The notes under the pieces were generated by a model, which saw only the letters and a program-made list of their open reading frames with translations, searched no databases and had not been told where the DNA came from. Position numbers and translations under genes: made by a program. Below are positions 1 to 15,640 of a stretch of 64,000 bases of DNA, piece by piece. The stretch is taken from contig CM075994.1 in the NCBI GenBank assembly GCA_038087875.1, positions 2,110,001-2,174,000 on the forward strand. Reading direction: 5' to 3'. This stretch comes from Malacoraja senta (Eukaryota). Position 1 is the stretch's first letter, and every line of letters begins with the position of its first letter.

Positions 1-599
1 GGGTAGGAGAGGGGTATGGATTATGTTCCTGACAAAAAAAAGTCACATCTTGGTGTGTTGATCATTTTCCTCCTGTCTTCAAGTTCATTACTAGCAGCTC
101 AGTAAAGCATAAGTTCATTGTAGATTAACTACTGGTACATGTTAATGTGAAAAATAATTCAATTAACTTGTCATTTTATCAAATGTTTTTTATTTCCTCT
201 GGGGGAAGTACATTACTAGCCATGTTTGATGCAAGTATTTCTTTACAATCTCAATTTTTTGCATGTTTTAAGCTGGTAAAACAAATAATAATTAATTTTC
301 TACTTAGTCAATTTAAATTGCATTTATTGTCAAAAGGACAAGTATGGTAAGGTACAGGTATAGTGGGCGTGCAATTTTACAGGCACACAGTCTGACAATG
401 CACAAGACCATTTACACTAAACATAAAGTACACACAATTCTGAGAGTAGAAAAAAAAGTACTGCAAAAAATAAAAAAACATTCATGCAAAACACAGTAAA
501 AAGGTACGGCCATGGTAATCCAAGTGGTGGTCCATAGTGTTCCTTTGTCAAGGTTCAATTAGGGTTGTGTGAGTGGGTTTCTCAAGCTGATGGGTGTTC

Positions 600-865
600 A
601 GCTGATAGCTGCTTCTAATGCTGGTGGAGCATGACTTCATGCTTCTGTACGGCCTGCTCGATAGTACCAGTGACAGAGAGCATGACCTGGATGGTGAGGG
701 TCTTTGATAAATGCTGCTTTCTTGAGGCAGCACCTCTTGTAGATGCTATTTATGGAGGGGAAGACTGTGCCAGTGATGGGCCGGGCCGAGTCCAGCACTT
801 TCTGGAGCCTCTTACATTCCTGTATTGTGGTAATTGTCATTCAAGGGCATGATGCAACCAGTTCT
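600..865 (-). mobile_element. Rex1/Babar-type LINE 3' fragment
   Basis: minus-strand peptide LQKVLDSARPITGT...CLKKAAFIKDPHHPGHAL; a related + strand fragment lies at about 17570-17870. Confidence 0.7.
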
Positions 866-1159
866 CTCTCACTCCCCCCCCCCCCCCCCCCCCGCGCAAT
901 CACTGAAGAAGTGTCCTGACCCACAAAGTCCAAAGATGCTGCCTGACCTGCTGAGTTACTCTGGCAATTTGGCTTTTTTAATCGAACCTGCAAGGATGCC
1001 TTCTACCTTCTAGGCAAAATTTGATCAATTCAGAATTAGCAAACTTTCTACTTCGGATTGATTACCTTTTGTGCAGGCAGTATTTATCTCTAATTCATGA
1101 CTTGAAACTCTACTCACTAGTGTGCATCATTCTGAATTCCACTGTTTCTACTTTGACAG

Positions 1160-1196
1160 AAAAAATCGGAAGATATGCTCTCCCTGTCGTTGTGGG
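1160..1196 (+). CDS. SERAC1: SERAC1 coding exon (human exon 3 equivalent), xKIGRYALPVVVG
   Basis: ttgacag acceptor, gtaagt donor; 37 nt, phase 1/2, joins in frame to the exon at 5832; hydrophobic segment matches the SERAC1 N-terminal region only weakly. Confidence 0.75.
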
Positions 1197-1337
1197 GTAA
1201 GTGCTACTTTTGTGAGAATGGATGTAGAGCCATTTTTTTTAAAAGTTATTCTGTGGAGGGGCCAGTAGTGTAGAGAAAGCAAGGACTCTGCAGAAGGACT
1301 TGGTCAGGTTAGGAGAGTGGGCAGAGAAGTAATGGAT

Positions 1338-3081
1338 AATAGACAATAGGTGCAGGAGTTGGCCATTCGGCCCTTCGAGCCAGCACCGCCTTTCAATGTG
1401 ATCATGGCTGATCATCCCCAATCAGTACCCCGTTCCTGCCTTCTCCCCATATCACCTGACTCCGCTATCTGTAAGAGCCCTATCTAGCTCTCCCTTGAAA
1501 GTGTCCAGAGAACCGGCCTCCTCCACCCTCTGAGGCAGAGAATTCCACAGACTCACAACTCTCTGTGTGAAAAAGTGTTTCCTTATCTCCGTTCTAAATG
1601 GCTTGCCCCTTATTCTTAAACAGTGTACAGGGACCTAATGAGGGTACAGTGGCCCCTGGTTCTGGACTCCCCCAACATCGGGAACATGTTTCCTGCCTCT
1701 AGCTTGTCCAACCCTTAATAATCTTATATGTTTCAATAAGATCTCCTCTCATCCTTCTTAACTCCAGAGTATACAAGCCCAGCCGCTCCATTCTCGCAGC
1801 ATATGACCCGCCATCCTGGGAATTAACCTTGTAAATCTACTCTGCACTCCCTCAATAGCAATAATGTCCTTCCTCAAATTAGGGGACCAAAACTGCACAG
1901 AATACTTCAGGTGTGGTCTCATTAAGACCCTGTACAACCGAAGAAGGACCTCTTTGGTCCTATACTCAACCTCTTGTTATGAAGGCCAACATGCCATTCC
2001 AGGGCTCTCGCTTAACTTTTTTCCCCTGTTGCCAGCCGGGCAACCTTGGCAGCTTTTTAAGTTGCCAAATGACAGTTTAGGTGGTCATTTAAGATGGCTT
2101 GCATGACGTGTGCGATAATGTGCTCGGACGAAGTGCGTAGTTACCAGTCGGAATTATACTCAATGAAGCAATCACATATTATTTCTGCTTCAAAAAAAGT
2201 CACAAACTAAACATATTCACCAATCAAGACATGATATATCCCACAATGACATGCAGCAAAATTATAATACAATATGTCAACTCTTTTTACACATTGCAAT
2301 GAATGCAATTTCTATTAGTTCTTTCCACTTCTAAACAAAAATGTGTTTGGATTATTCCAGCGTATGATCAAACTGTGTCAATAAATCCTGGACCATGGTA
2401 ACATAAATGCGTACGTATAGTTGTGAATGTTACTCATTAAATAACTGCAGTACTGATATTCCATATTAAGAGCATTGATTTGCCGTTAAAATGAATTCTG
2501 TAATAACGTGTCAACGGCAGCAGTGACAATCGAACACTGCGGTTTTAATGTTTCACGTGTTCACAATTTAATTAATCCATCTTTATGGATTAAAACAAAT
2601 AATAACATTGGGAATTAAAACACATTTGATTGCATTCCGTTATCAAACATAGTAAATGTTCGCTCTGAAGACATTTCCAGCACAATAGGGTCAGGGAGGG
2701 GGGTGTGTGTGAATCAGTGCGGGGTGGATAGATGGCGGAGGGGGGGGGGGGGAGTTAGAAGGCAGTCGGTGCAGAATGGATGGATTGAGGCAGGTGAATT
2801 AGTACGTGTTGGTTGGAGTAGGTAAAATTGTGAGGGGGAGAGCACCGGGGATGTCAGTGGTGTTGAATGGGGGGGTTCAGTATGGGATGGAGGGGGTGTG
2901 GCAGGAGAATCAATGCGAGGTGGATAGGGTGATCAGCGCAGGATGAATAGATGGGGGGGGGTAGATGGGGAGGGGAGCACAGGGGATGTCAGTGAGGACT
3001 GAATAGAGGCGGGAATGGGGATCAGTGCGGGATGGAGTGGAGGGGTCCCAGGATTAAGGGAGGGGGTGGAGGGGGCGTACA

Positions 3082-3113
<32 letters not shown>

Positions 3114-4449
3114 GGGGAGCGAGGTGGGGAGGAAGGAAGGCCAGCACTCCTCGGACAACATCACATCGCCCCGCTGCCTTGATCGTTGGGAACTCCTCGC
3201 CACCGCCTCCCTCCTCCGCCAGCCAACTGCAAGGTGCGTGGCCGGGCGGTGCAGCTCAGAGATCCTATAGCTATAGGATCTTTGGTGCAGCTGCTTCTGA
3301 CGCAACGTTTCGTGTCGGCGGCTGTTGTGCGGGGCAAAGATACTAGGTGCGGGGTGAGGAAGGGTCGGAGCGAATGACAGGTCCCGCACAGCGGCAACGA
3401 CAGTGGGTTTACAAGTTGAGGCCCTTATTACGGGGGGCGGGAGGAGGAGATGGAGCCGCTGTCGCAGCTGCCGCTGTTTGGGATCCGACCCTTCCTCACC
3501 CCGCACCTAGTATCTTTGCCCCGCACGACAGCCGTCACCCCCGACACGAAACGTCACGTTCCTTTTCTCCAGAGATGCTGCCTGACCCGCGGAGTTACTC
3601 CAGTTTTTTGTGTCTATCTTCGGTACAAACCAGTATGTGGTTGCCAGGCCGGGCAAAATGACTCGGTGTTTTGGTTGCCCGGCGGCGCTTTGGGTGGTCA
3701 GTGGCACCCGGGCAACCGCTAATTTCGAGCCCTGCATTCGCTTTCTTCACTGCCTGCTGTACCTGCATACTTATTTTCATTGACTGATGAACAAGGACCC
3801 CCCAGATCCCGTTGTACTTCCCCTTTTCCCAACTTGACACCATTTAGATAATAATCTGCCTTTCTGTTTTTGCTACCAAAGTGGATAACCTCATATTTAT
3901 TCACATAAAACTGCATCTGCCATGCATCTACCCACTCACCCAACCTGTCCAAGTCACCCTGCATTCTCATAGCATCCTCCTCACAGTTCACACTGCCACC
4001 CAGCTTTGTGTCATCTGCAAAGTTGCTAATGTTACTTTGAATCCCTTCATCTAAACTATTGAAGTATATTGTAAATAGCTGCGGTCCCAGCACCGAGCCT
4101 TGCGATACCCCACTAGTCACTGCCTGCCATTCTGAAAGGGACCCGTTAATCCCTACTCTTTGTTTCCTGTCTGCCAACCAATTTTCTATCCATGTCAGCA
4201 TTCTACCCCCAATACCACGTGTTCTAATTTTGCCCACTTATCTCCTATGTGGGACCTTATCAAATGCTTTCTGAAAGTCCAGGTACACTACATCCACTGG
4301 CTCTCCCTTGTCCATTTTCCTAGTTACATCTCAAAAAATTCCAGAAGATTAGTCAAGCATGATTTCCCCTTCGTAAATCCATGCTGACTCAGACCGATCC
4401 TGTTACTGCTATCCAAATGTGCCGCTATTTCATCTTTTATGATTGACTC
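1338..4449 (-). mobile_element. CR1 LINE 3' part (RT C-terminus and 3' UTR), split by a DNA transposon at 2000-3734
   Basis: ORF 3719-4237 with SGVSQGSVLGP and FADDTKL; ATTGTCTATT tail at about 1340. Confidence 0.9.
2000..3734. mobile_element. non-autonomous DNA transposon with CAGGGCTC/GAGCCCTG termini and 5-bp TSD CATTC
   Basis: interrupts the CR1 sequence ATGC-CATTC-GCTTTC; homologous copies at 22864-25440 and 35450-35786. Confidence 0.85.
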
Positions 4450-5831
4450 TTATGAATACAAAGTGTGGAGTCATGCATTTTGGTAGTAGGAATAAAGGCG
4501 TAGACTATTTTCTAAATGGGGAGAGAATTCAGAAATCGGATGTGCAAAGGGACTTGGGAGTGGTGGTACAGGATTCCCATAAGGTTAATTTGCAAGTCAA
4601 ATTGGTAGTAAGGAAGGCAAAAGCAATGTGAGCATTTATTTTGAGAGGATTAGAATATAAAAACAGATGTAATGCTGAGGCTTCATAGTGCATTGGTCAG
4701 GCCGCATTTGTATTGTGAGCAGTTTTGGGCTCCATATCTGAGGATGGATGTGCAGGCGTTGAAGAGGATTCAGAGGAGTTTTACGAAAATGATCCCAGGA
4801 ATGAGTGGGTTAACATATGATGAAAATTTGATGGCACTGGGCCTGATTTCGCTGGAGTTTAGAAGAATGAGTGGGGACCTCATTGCAACTTACTGAACAT
4901 TGAAAGGCTTAGATAGATTGGATGTGGAGTGGATGTTTTCACTTGTGGGAAAGTCTAGGAGCAGAGACCAAAGCCTCAGAATAAAAGGATGTACCTTTAG
5001 AAAGATGAGGAGGAATTTCTTTAGTCAGAGGGTGGTGAATCTGTGGAATGCTTTGCCACAGATGGCTGTGGAGGCCGATGGATATTTTTGAGGCGGAGGT
5101 TGACAGATTCTTGATTTGTACGGGTGTCGGGTTATGGGGGAAAAAGTAGGAGAACGGGGTTGAGAGAGAAAGATAGATCTGCCATTATTGAATGGTGGAG
5201 TAGACTTGATGGGCAGAATGGCCTCATTCTGCTCCTAGAACTTATGAACTTATCTTACCATATGTTAGATCATATCTGCGCTGTATAAATCTTAGTGATG
5301 GATTAGTCAAACATTAGGAGAATTGTTCTTGTGGAATTTTCAAAAATACATATGAACTTTTCCAATTGTCATTCAAAAAGGAAGCGCAGTGGCGCAGCTG
5401 GTGGAGCTGCAGCCTCCACAGCACCATAGACCCGGGTTCGATCCTGACCTTGGGTGTTCTCTGCACGGAGATAACACCGAGGTCAGGATCGAACCTGGGT
5501 CTCAGGCGCTGTAAGGCAGCAGATCTACCAGCTGTGCTGCCCATTGTGTGAGCTCATTCTGTGGAACTACTTTGAAACAAAACATTCCCAAGATTCTCTT
5601 TCACATTCTCCGTGCTAGATTTGTGAATTGTGTACATTTATTCAGTGGGAGTACTATGAAACATAGCATTCCCAAAGACTTTCTTCCACATACACCTTGG
5701 GTTACAATATATTTCTATTTCTAATTTATGTATTCAAAGCATAAATATTAGAAACAATTTGGTTGATTTAACTTGGAATTTGTTTGTGGTTAGTACAAGT
5801 GAATTATCTCGTCTTATCTTGTCTCCTTTAG

Positions 5832-5968
5832 TGGGTGCATGTTTATTACGTATGAAATTCTGGCACTGGGAGAAAATGTGACGCTTGATACACAGGCTGT
5901 AGAACGAGAAAAACTGAAATCCTACATCTACATACAGACCGCTCCACAGGAACAGCAAGGGTTGCAAG
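5832..5968 (+). CDS. SERAC1: SERAC1 exon 4, [35 protein letters not shown]...
   Basis: AG/GT bounded, 137 nt; matches the SERAC1 motif TYEVLAL..VTLDTQ.VEREK.KSYIY. Confidence 0.95.
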
Positions 5969-7326
5969 GTGAGAGCTTTGGGTTCACTCTTATTGTTGAA
6001 GATTGAATCTATAAAATTTGTGTCTGGCTTATCCTTGAATGTTGCCATGAACATCACCCTCCCTCCTCTCAAAACCTACCTCCTAAAATCTGTAACGTAT
6101 CTACATGTTCTCCAGAGATGCTGCTTGACCTGCTGAGTTTCTCCAGGAATTTGTCTTTCCTTTACATTTCACTACTCTTTCAAACCTCTTCCCTCCTATC
6201 AACACCCTTTTGTCTCCTTTGGTCCCCTTTTGTCTCCTTTTCATCTCTAGCCTTTTTCCAACCATCTGCCAAACAAATCTTCCCTCGACTGTATCCCCCT
6301 ATCATTTATAGATCTAAAATTCCGGAGTAACTCAGCAGGATAGGCAGCATCCCTGGAGAGAAAGAATGGGTGACGTTTCGGGTCGTGACCCTTTTTCAGA
6401 CTGAAAGTCGTGGGAAACGGAAACGAGAGATATAGACGATGATGTAGAGAGATATAGAACAAATTAATGAGCAGGCTTTGTCCCATCCTCGGCTCTCTTC
6501 CAGCTTTCTCTTCCCCACCACAGTCTAAAGGAGGGTCCTGATACAAAGCTTATGCCTGTCCATGTCCTCCACAGTTACTCCAGCACTTTGTGCTCTATTC
6601 CTAAAATTAGAATTGCCTTTCCAATGAAATAATCTTTTTCATTGTGGAATGAGCTGGTCTGTTGGGTGAAGCAATGATAGAATGGATGATATCTGGGATG
6701 ATACATCTTCAGGGCTGTAATAAGGGTAAGATATACACTGTGAATAGTGGTGCTCTATTATTGGAACAGAAGGACCTTGGTGCACAAGTCCATAGATCCT
6801 TTCTGACCAACATCTCGGGACCCAAACAACCCTTCCACACGAGTCAAACATTAATGTGCTGCATTGTTTAATGAAATTATGTTTCTCCATTCCCAGAGGT
6901 CAATTGACCTCGAAATTGTCCCCGGTGTGCAGGGAATGGATGAGAAAAGTGGATAACATAGACAATGCACCGCCGCTGCCGGGGGAAGGAACAAAGGAGG
7001 ACCCGGCGTGTGAGGACTGCTGAGGGGGGGGGGGGGGGGGAGGAGAGAACGAAGGGGGACCTGGCACGGGGATACCTTGTAAGCGCTCTTTATGGGTGGA
7101 AATTTGCATACCTTGGGTATGCAAGCAAAGAATTTCACTGTGACTTGTCACATGTGACAATAAAGTATTCTTTCATTCATTCATTCAATTAATGGCGATC
7201 GATGGTCCACTGTGCCACCCCTAGTTTTCAATAGATGGTGGTTTAGGACCTCAAGTTTCATCATTATATCTGGTTTTAAAAATCAGCAAATGTACTCTGT
7301 TGAAGATTGGCTTTGTTGCATTTCAG

Positions 7327-7416
7327 AAATTACAAGAAAAGTTCATAAAGGACTGCACAGGGTAGTTAAAAGACTGTTGCAAGCTACAGCAGATATTCTT
7401 TCGTTGCCACTGGATG
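7327..7416 (+). CDS. SERAC1: SERAC1 exon 5, EITRKVHKGLHRVVKRLLQATADILSLPLD
   Basis: tttcag/gtaagt, 90 nt, phase compatible with neighbours. Confidence 0.9.
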
Positions 7417-7487
7417 GTAAGTGAGTCTCAATGTTTTTGTTGTTGCAGCATTAGAATTTAGCATTAGAATTTTTCTTTTAAAATTAA

Positions 7488-7837
7488 CTAGACCAATTGG
7501 GACCCTTTGGGTCCCGTCCCCTCAACGCGCGGTTGCGGGGGGGGGGGGGTGCCTGCGGCGTCACACACACACACTAACCACCCCCCACACACACACACTA
7601 ACCACCCCCCTTGATATTGATATTATTCATTTGCTCCTTTTATCCCATCCCCGCCCTATCCACTCACGCATAGCCCCCAACTCGCAGGCGCATCTAGAGA
7701 GGGAGAGGGGGGGGGTAGAGGTAGAGAGAGAGGGGGCAGAGACTGAGAGGGGGGGGGGTTGACATCACTCGCAGCGCGTGGAAGAAAGGCGCCGTGCCCA
7801 GCAGAGCGAGTCCAGCCGAGTCTTTTGAATAATAACT
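7488..7837 (-). mobile_element. Helitron-like 3' terminus
   Basis: minus strand reads GGGACCC-AAA-GGGTCCC hairpin (7499-7515), 7 nt, then CTAG followed by T. Confidence 0.55.
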
Positions 7838-7875
<38 letters not shown>

Positions 7876-10800
7876 ACACACACACACGAACACACACACA
7901 CGAACACACACACGCGAACACACACACGCGAACACACACACACGCGAACACACACACCCGCGAACACACACACGCGCGAACACACACACGCGCGAACACA
8001 CACACGCGCGAACACACACACGCGCGAACACACACACGCGCGAACACACACACGCGCGAACACACACGCGCGAACACACACACGCGCGAACACACACACG
8101 CACGAACACACACACGCACGAACACACACACGCACGAACACACACACACACGAACACACACACACACGAACACACTCACGAACACACACACGAACACACA
8201 CACACACGAACACACACACACACGAACACACACACACACGAACACACACACACACGAGCACACACACACGAGAACACACACACACGAGCACACACACACG
8301 AGAACACACACACACGAGAACACACACACACGAGAACACACACACACGAGAACACACACACACGAGAACACACACACACGAGAACACACACACACGAGAA
8401 CACACACACACGAGAACACACACACGCACACGAACACACACACGCACACGAACACACACACGCACACGAACACACACACGCACACGAACACACACACGCA
8501 CACGAACACACACACGCACACGAGAACACACACACGCACACGAGAACACACACACGCACACGAGAACACACACACGCACACGAGAACACACACACGCACA
8601 CGAGAACACACACACGCACACGAGAACACACACACGCACACGAGAACACACACGCACACGAGAACACACACGCACACGAGAACACACACGCACACGAGAA
8701 CACACACACTCACACGAGAACACACACACACACACGAGAACACACACACACACACGAGAACACACACACACACACGAGAACACACACACACACACGAGAA
8801 CACACACACACACACGAGAACACACACACACACACGAGAACACACACACACACACGAGAACACACACACACACACGAGAACACACACACACACACGAGAA
8901 CACACACACACACACGAGAACACACACACACACACGAGAACACACACACACACACGAGAACACACACACACACACGAGAACACACACACACACACGAGAA
9001 CACACACACACACACGAGAACACACACACACACACGAGAACACACACACACACACGAGAACACACACACACACACGAGAACACACACACACACACGAGAA
9101 CACACACACACACACACACGAGAACACACACACACACACACACGAGAACACACACACACACACACGAGAACACACACACACACACACACGAGAACACACA
9201 CACACACACACACGAGAACACACACACACACACACACGAGAACACACACACACACACACGAGAACACACACACACACACACGAGAACACACACACACACA
9301 CACGAGAACACACACACACACGAGAACACACGCACACACACACACGAGAACACACGCACACACACACACGAGAACACACGCACACACACACACGAGAACA
9401 CACGCACACACACACACGAGAACACACGCACACACACACACGAGAACACACGCACACACACACACGAGAACACACACACACACACACACGAGAACACACA
9501 CACACACACACACGAGAACACACACACACACACACACACGAGAACACACACACACACACACACACACGAGAACACACACACACACACACACACACACGAG
9601 AACACACACACACACACACACACACGAGAACACACACACACACACACACACACGAGAACACACACACACACACACACACACGAGAACACACACACACACA
9701 CACACGAGAACACACACACACACACACACGAGAACACACACACACACACACGAGAACACACACACACACACACGAGAACACACACACACACACACGAGAA
9801 CACACACACACACACACGAGAACACACACACACACACACGAGAACACACACACACACGAGAACACACACACACACGAGAACACACACACACACACGAGAA
9901 CACACACACACACACGAGAACACACACACGAGAACACACACACACACACGAGAACACACACACACACACACACGAGAACACACACACACACACACACGAG
10001 AACACACACACACACACACGAGAACACACACACACACACACGAGAACACACACACACGAACACACACACGCGAACACACACACGCGCGAACACACACACG
10101 CGAACACACACACGTGCGAACACACACACCCGCGAACACACACACGCGCGAACACACACACGCGCGAACACACACACGCGCGAACACACACACGCGCGAA
10201 CACACACACGCGCGAACACACACGCGCGAACACACACACGCACGAACACACACACGCACGAACACACACACGCACGAACACACACACGCACGAACACACA
10301 CACGCACGAACACACACACACACGAACACACACACACACGAACACACACACACACGAACACACACACACACGAACACACACACACACGAACACACACACA
10401 CGAGAACACACACGCACGAGAACACACACACACGAGAACACACACGCACGAGAACACACACGCACGAGAACACACACGCACGAGAACACACACGCACGAG
10501 AACACACACGCACGAGAACACACACGCACGAGAACACACACGCACGAGAACACACACGCACGAGAACACACACGCACGAGAACACACACGCACGAGAACA
10601 CACAAACACACACACGCACGAGAACACACACGCACGAGAACACACACGCACGAGAACACACACACGCACACGAGAACACACACACGCACACGAGAACACA
10701 CACACGCACACGAGAACACACACACGCACACGAGAACACACACACGCACACGAGAACACACACACGCACACGAGAACACACACGCACACGAGAACACACA

Positions 10801-13800
10801 CGCACACGAGAACACACACTCACACGAGAACACACACTCACACGAGAACACACACACTCACACGAGAACACACAAACACACACGAGAACACACACACACA
10901 CACGAGAACACACACACACACACGAGAACACACACACACACACGAGAACACACACACACACGAGAACACACACACACACGAGAACACACACACACACACG
11001 AGAACACACACACACACACGAGAACACACACACACACACGAGAACACACACACACACACACGAGAACACACGCACACACACACGAGAACACACGCACACA
11101 CACACGAGAACACACGCACACACACACGAGAACACACGCACACACACACGAGAACACACGCACACACACACGAGAACACACGCACACACACACGAGAACA
11201 CACGCACACACACACACGAGAACACACACACACACGAGAACACACGCACACACACACACGAGAACACACGCACACACACACACGAGAACACACGCACACA
11301 CACACACGAGAACACACGCACACACACACACGAGAACACACGCACACACACACACGAGAACACACGCACACACACACACGAGAACACACGCACACACACA
11401 CACGAGAACACACGCACACACACACACGAGAACACACGCACACACACACACGAGAACACACGCACACACACACACGAGAACACACGCACACACACACACG
11501 AGAACACACGCACACACACACACGAGAACACACGCACACACACACACGAGAACACACGCACACACACACACGAGAACACACGCACACACACACACGAGAA
11601 CACACGCACACACACACACGAGAACACACACACACACACACACGAGAACACACACACACACACACACACGAGAACACACACACACACACACACGAGAACA
11701 CACACACACACACACACACACGAGAACACACACACACACACACACACACACGAGAACACACACACACACACACACACGAGAACACACACACACACACGAG
11801 AACACACACACACACGAGAACACACACACACACACACGAGAACACACACACACACACACGAGAACACACACACACACACACGAGAACACACACACACACA
11901 CACACGAGAACACACACACACACACACGAGAACACACGCACACACACACACGAGAACACACGCACACACACACACGAGAACACACGCACACACACACACG
12001 AGAACACACGCACACACACACACGAGAACACACACACACACACACACACACGAGAACACACACACACACACACACACACGAGAACACACGCACACACACA
12101 CACGAGAACACACACACACACACACACGAGAACACACACACACACACACACACACGAGAACACACACACACACACACGAGAACACACACACACACACGAG
12201 AACACACACACACACACGAGAACACACACACACACACACACGAGAACACACACACACACACACACGAGAACACACACACACACACACGAGAACACACACA
12301 CACACACACGAGAACACACACACACACACACGAGAACACACACACACACACACGAGAACACACACACACACACACACGAACACACACACACACGAGCACA
12401 CACGCACGAGAACACACACGCACGAGAACACACACGCACGAGAACACACACGCACGAGAACACACACGCACGAGAACACACACGCACGAGAACACACACG
12501 CACGAGAACACACACGCACGAGAACACACACACGCACACACGCACACGAGAACACACACACGCACACGAGAACACACACACGCACACGAGAACACACACA
12601 CGCACACGAGAACACACACACGCACACGAGAACACACACACGCACACGAGAACACACACACGCACACGAGAACACACACACGCACACGAGAACACACACG
12701 CACACGAGAACACACACGCACACGAGAACACACACGCACACGAGAACACACACACACACACGAGAACACACACACACACACGAGAACACACACACACACA
12801 CGAGAACACACACACACACACGAGAACACACACACACACACGAGAACACACACACACACACGAGAACACACACACACACACGAGAACACACACACACACG
12901 AGAACACACACACACACACGAGAACACACACACACACACACGAGAACACACACACACACACACGAGAACACACACACACACACACGAGAACACACACACA
13001 CACACACGAGAACACACACACACACACACGAGAACACACACACACACGAGAACGCACACACACACACGAGAACACACGCACACACACACACGAGAACACA
13101 CGCACACACACACGAGAACACACGCACACACACACACGAGAACACACGCACACACACACACGAGAACACACGCACACACACACACGAGAACACACGCACA
13201 CACACACACGAGAACACACGCACACACACACACGAGAACACACGCACACACACACACGAGAACACACGCACACACACACACGAGAACACACGCACACACA
13301 CACACGAGAACACACGCACACACACACACGAGAACACACGCACACACACACACGAGAACACACGCACACACACACACGAGAACACACGCACACACACACA
13401 CGAGAACACACGCACACACACACACGAGAACACACGCACACACACACACGAGAACACACCCACACACACACACGAGAACACACCCACACACACACACGAG
13501 AACACACCCACACACACACACGAGAACACACACACACACACACACGAGAACACACACACACACACACACGAGAACACACACACACACACACACACACGAG
13601 AACACACACACACACACACACACACGAGAACACACACACACACACACACACGAGAACACACACACACACACACGAGAACACACACACACACACACGAGAA
13701 CACACACACACACACACACGAGAACACACACACACACACACACGAGAACACACACACACACACACACGAGAACACACACACACACACACACGAGAACACA

Positions 13801-14876
13801 CACACACACACACACGAGAACACACACACACACACACACGAGAACACACACACACACACACGAGAACACACACACACACACACGAGAACACACACACACA
13901 CACACGAGAACACACACACACACACACGAGAACACACACACACACACACGAGAACACACACACACACGAGAACACACACACACACGAGAACACACACACA
14001 CACACGAGAACACACACACACACACGAGAACACACACACACACACGAGAACACACACACACACACGAGAACACACACACACACACGAGAACACACACACA
14101 CACACGAGAACACACACACACACACACACGAGAACACACACACACACACACACGAGAACACACACACACACACGAGAACACACACACACACACACGAGAA
14201 CACACACACACACACACGAGAACACACACACACACACACACACACACGAGAACACACACACACACGAGAACACACACACACACACGAGAACACACACACA
14301 CACACGAGAACACACACACACACACGAGAACACACACACACACACACACGAGAACACACACACACACACACACGAGAACACACACACACACACACACGAG
14401 AACACACACACACACACACACGAGAACACACACACACACACACACGAGAACACACACACACACACACGAGAACACACACACACACACACGAGAACACACA
14501 CACACACACGAGAACACACACACACACACGAGAACACACCACACACACGAGAACACACACACACACACACGAGAACACACACACACACACGAGAACACAC
14601 ACACACACACGAGAACACACACACACACGAGAACACACACACACACACACACACACACGAGAACACACACACACACACACACACACACGAGAACACACAC
14701 ACACACACACACGAGAACACACACACACACACACACACGAGAAACACACACACACACACACACACGAGAACACACACACACACACACACACACGAGAACA
14801 CACACACACACACACACACACGAGAACACACACACACACACACACACGAGAACACACACACACACACACACACGAG

Positions 14877-14920
<44 letters not shown>

Positions 14921-15287
14921 AACACACACACACACACACACACACGAGAACACACACACACACACACACACGAGGACACACACACACACACACACACGAG
15001 AACACACACACACACACACACACGAGAACACACACACACACACACACACGAGAACAAACACACCACACACACACACGAGAACAAACACACACACACACAC
15101 GAGAACAAACACACACACACACACGAGAACAAACACACACACACACACTCGAGAACAAACACACACACACACACTCGAGAACAAACACACACACACACAC
15201 TCGAACAAACACACACACACACACGAGAACAAACACACACACACACACGAGAACACACACACACACACGAAAACACACACACGAGAA

Positions 15288-15322
<35 letters not shown>

Positions 15323-15326
15323 ACAA

Positions 15327-15359
<33 letters not shown>

Positions 15360-15568
15360 CACACCACACACACACACACACATACACACACACACACACA
15401 CAAGAACACACACACACAAGAACAAACACACACACACACAAGAACAAACACACACACACACACACACACACAAGAACAAACACACACACACACACACACA
15501 CACAAGAACAAACACACACACACACACACACAAGAACAAACACACACACACACACACACACACAAGAA

Positions 15569-15607
<39 letters not shown>

Positions 15608-15640
15608 GAACAAACACACACACAAAACAAGAACAAACAC
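7838..15640. repeat. ~7.8-kb compound (CA)n satellite with GAA/GCGCGAA/GAGAA/AAGAACAAA interruptions, in SERAC1 intron 5
   Basis: directly visible; almost no T on the + strand. Confidence 0.97.

Larger units (their letters stand above)
1252..5250 (+). mobile_element. decayed CR1 LINE (pieces 1252-1335 and 4450-5250) interrupted by a younger antisense CR1
   Basis: LQKDLVRLGEWAEK continues after the insert as KCGVMHFGSRN...LVRPHL...FFSQRVVNLWNALP. Confidence 0.75.

Noticed and set aside
5385..5545. tRNA-like sequences (also 17125, 26434, 50510)
   Set aside because: SINE heads with A/B boxes followed by the SINE body; no complete cloverleaf.
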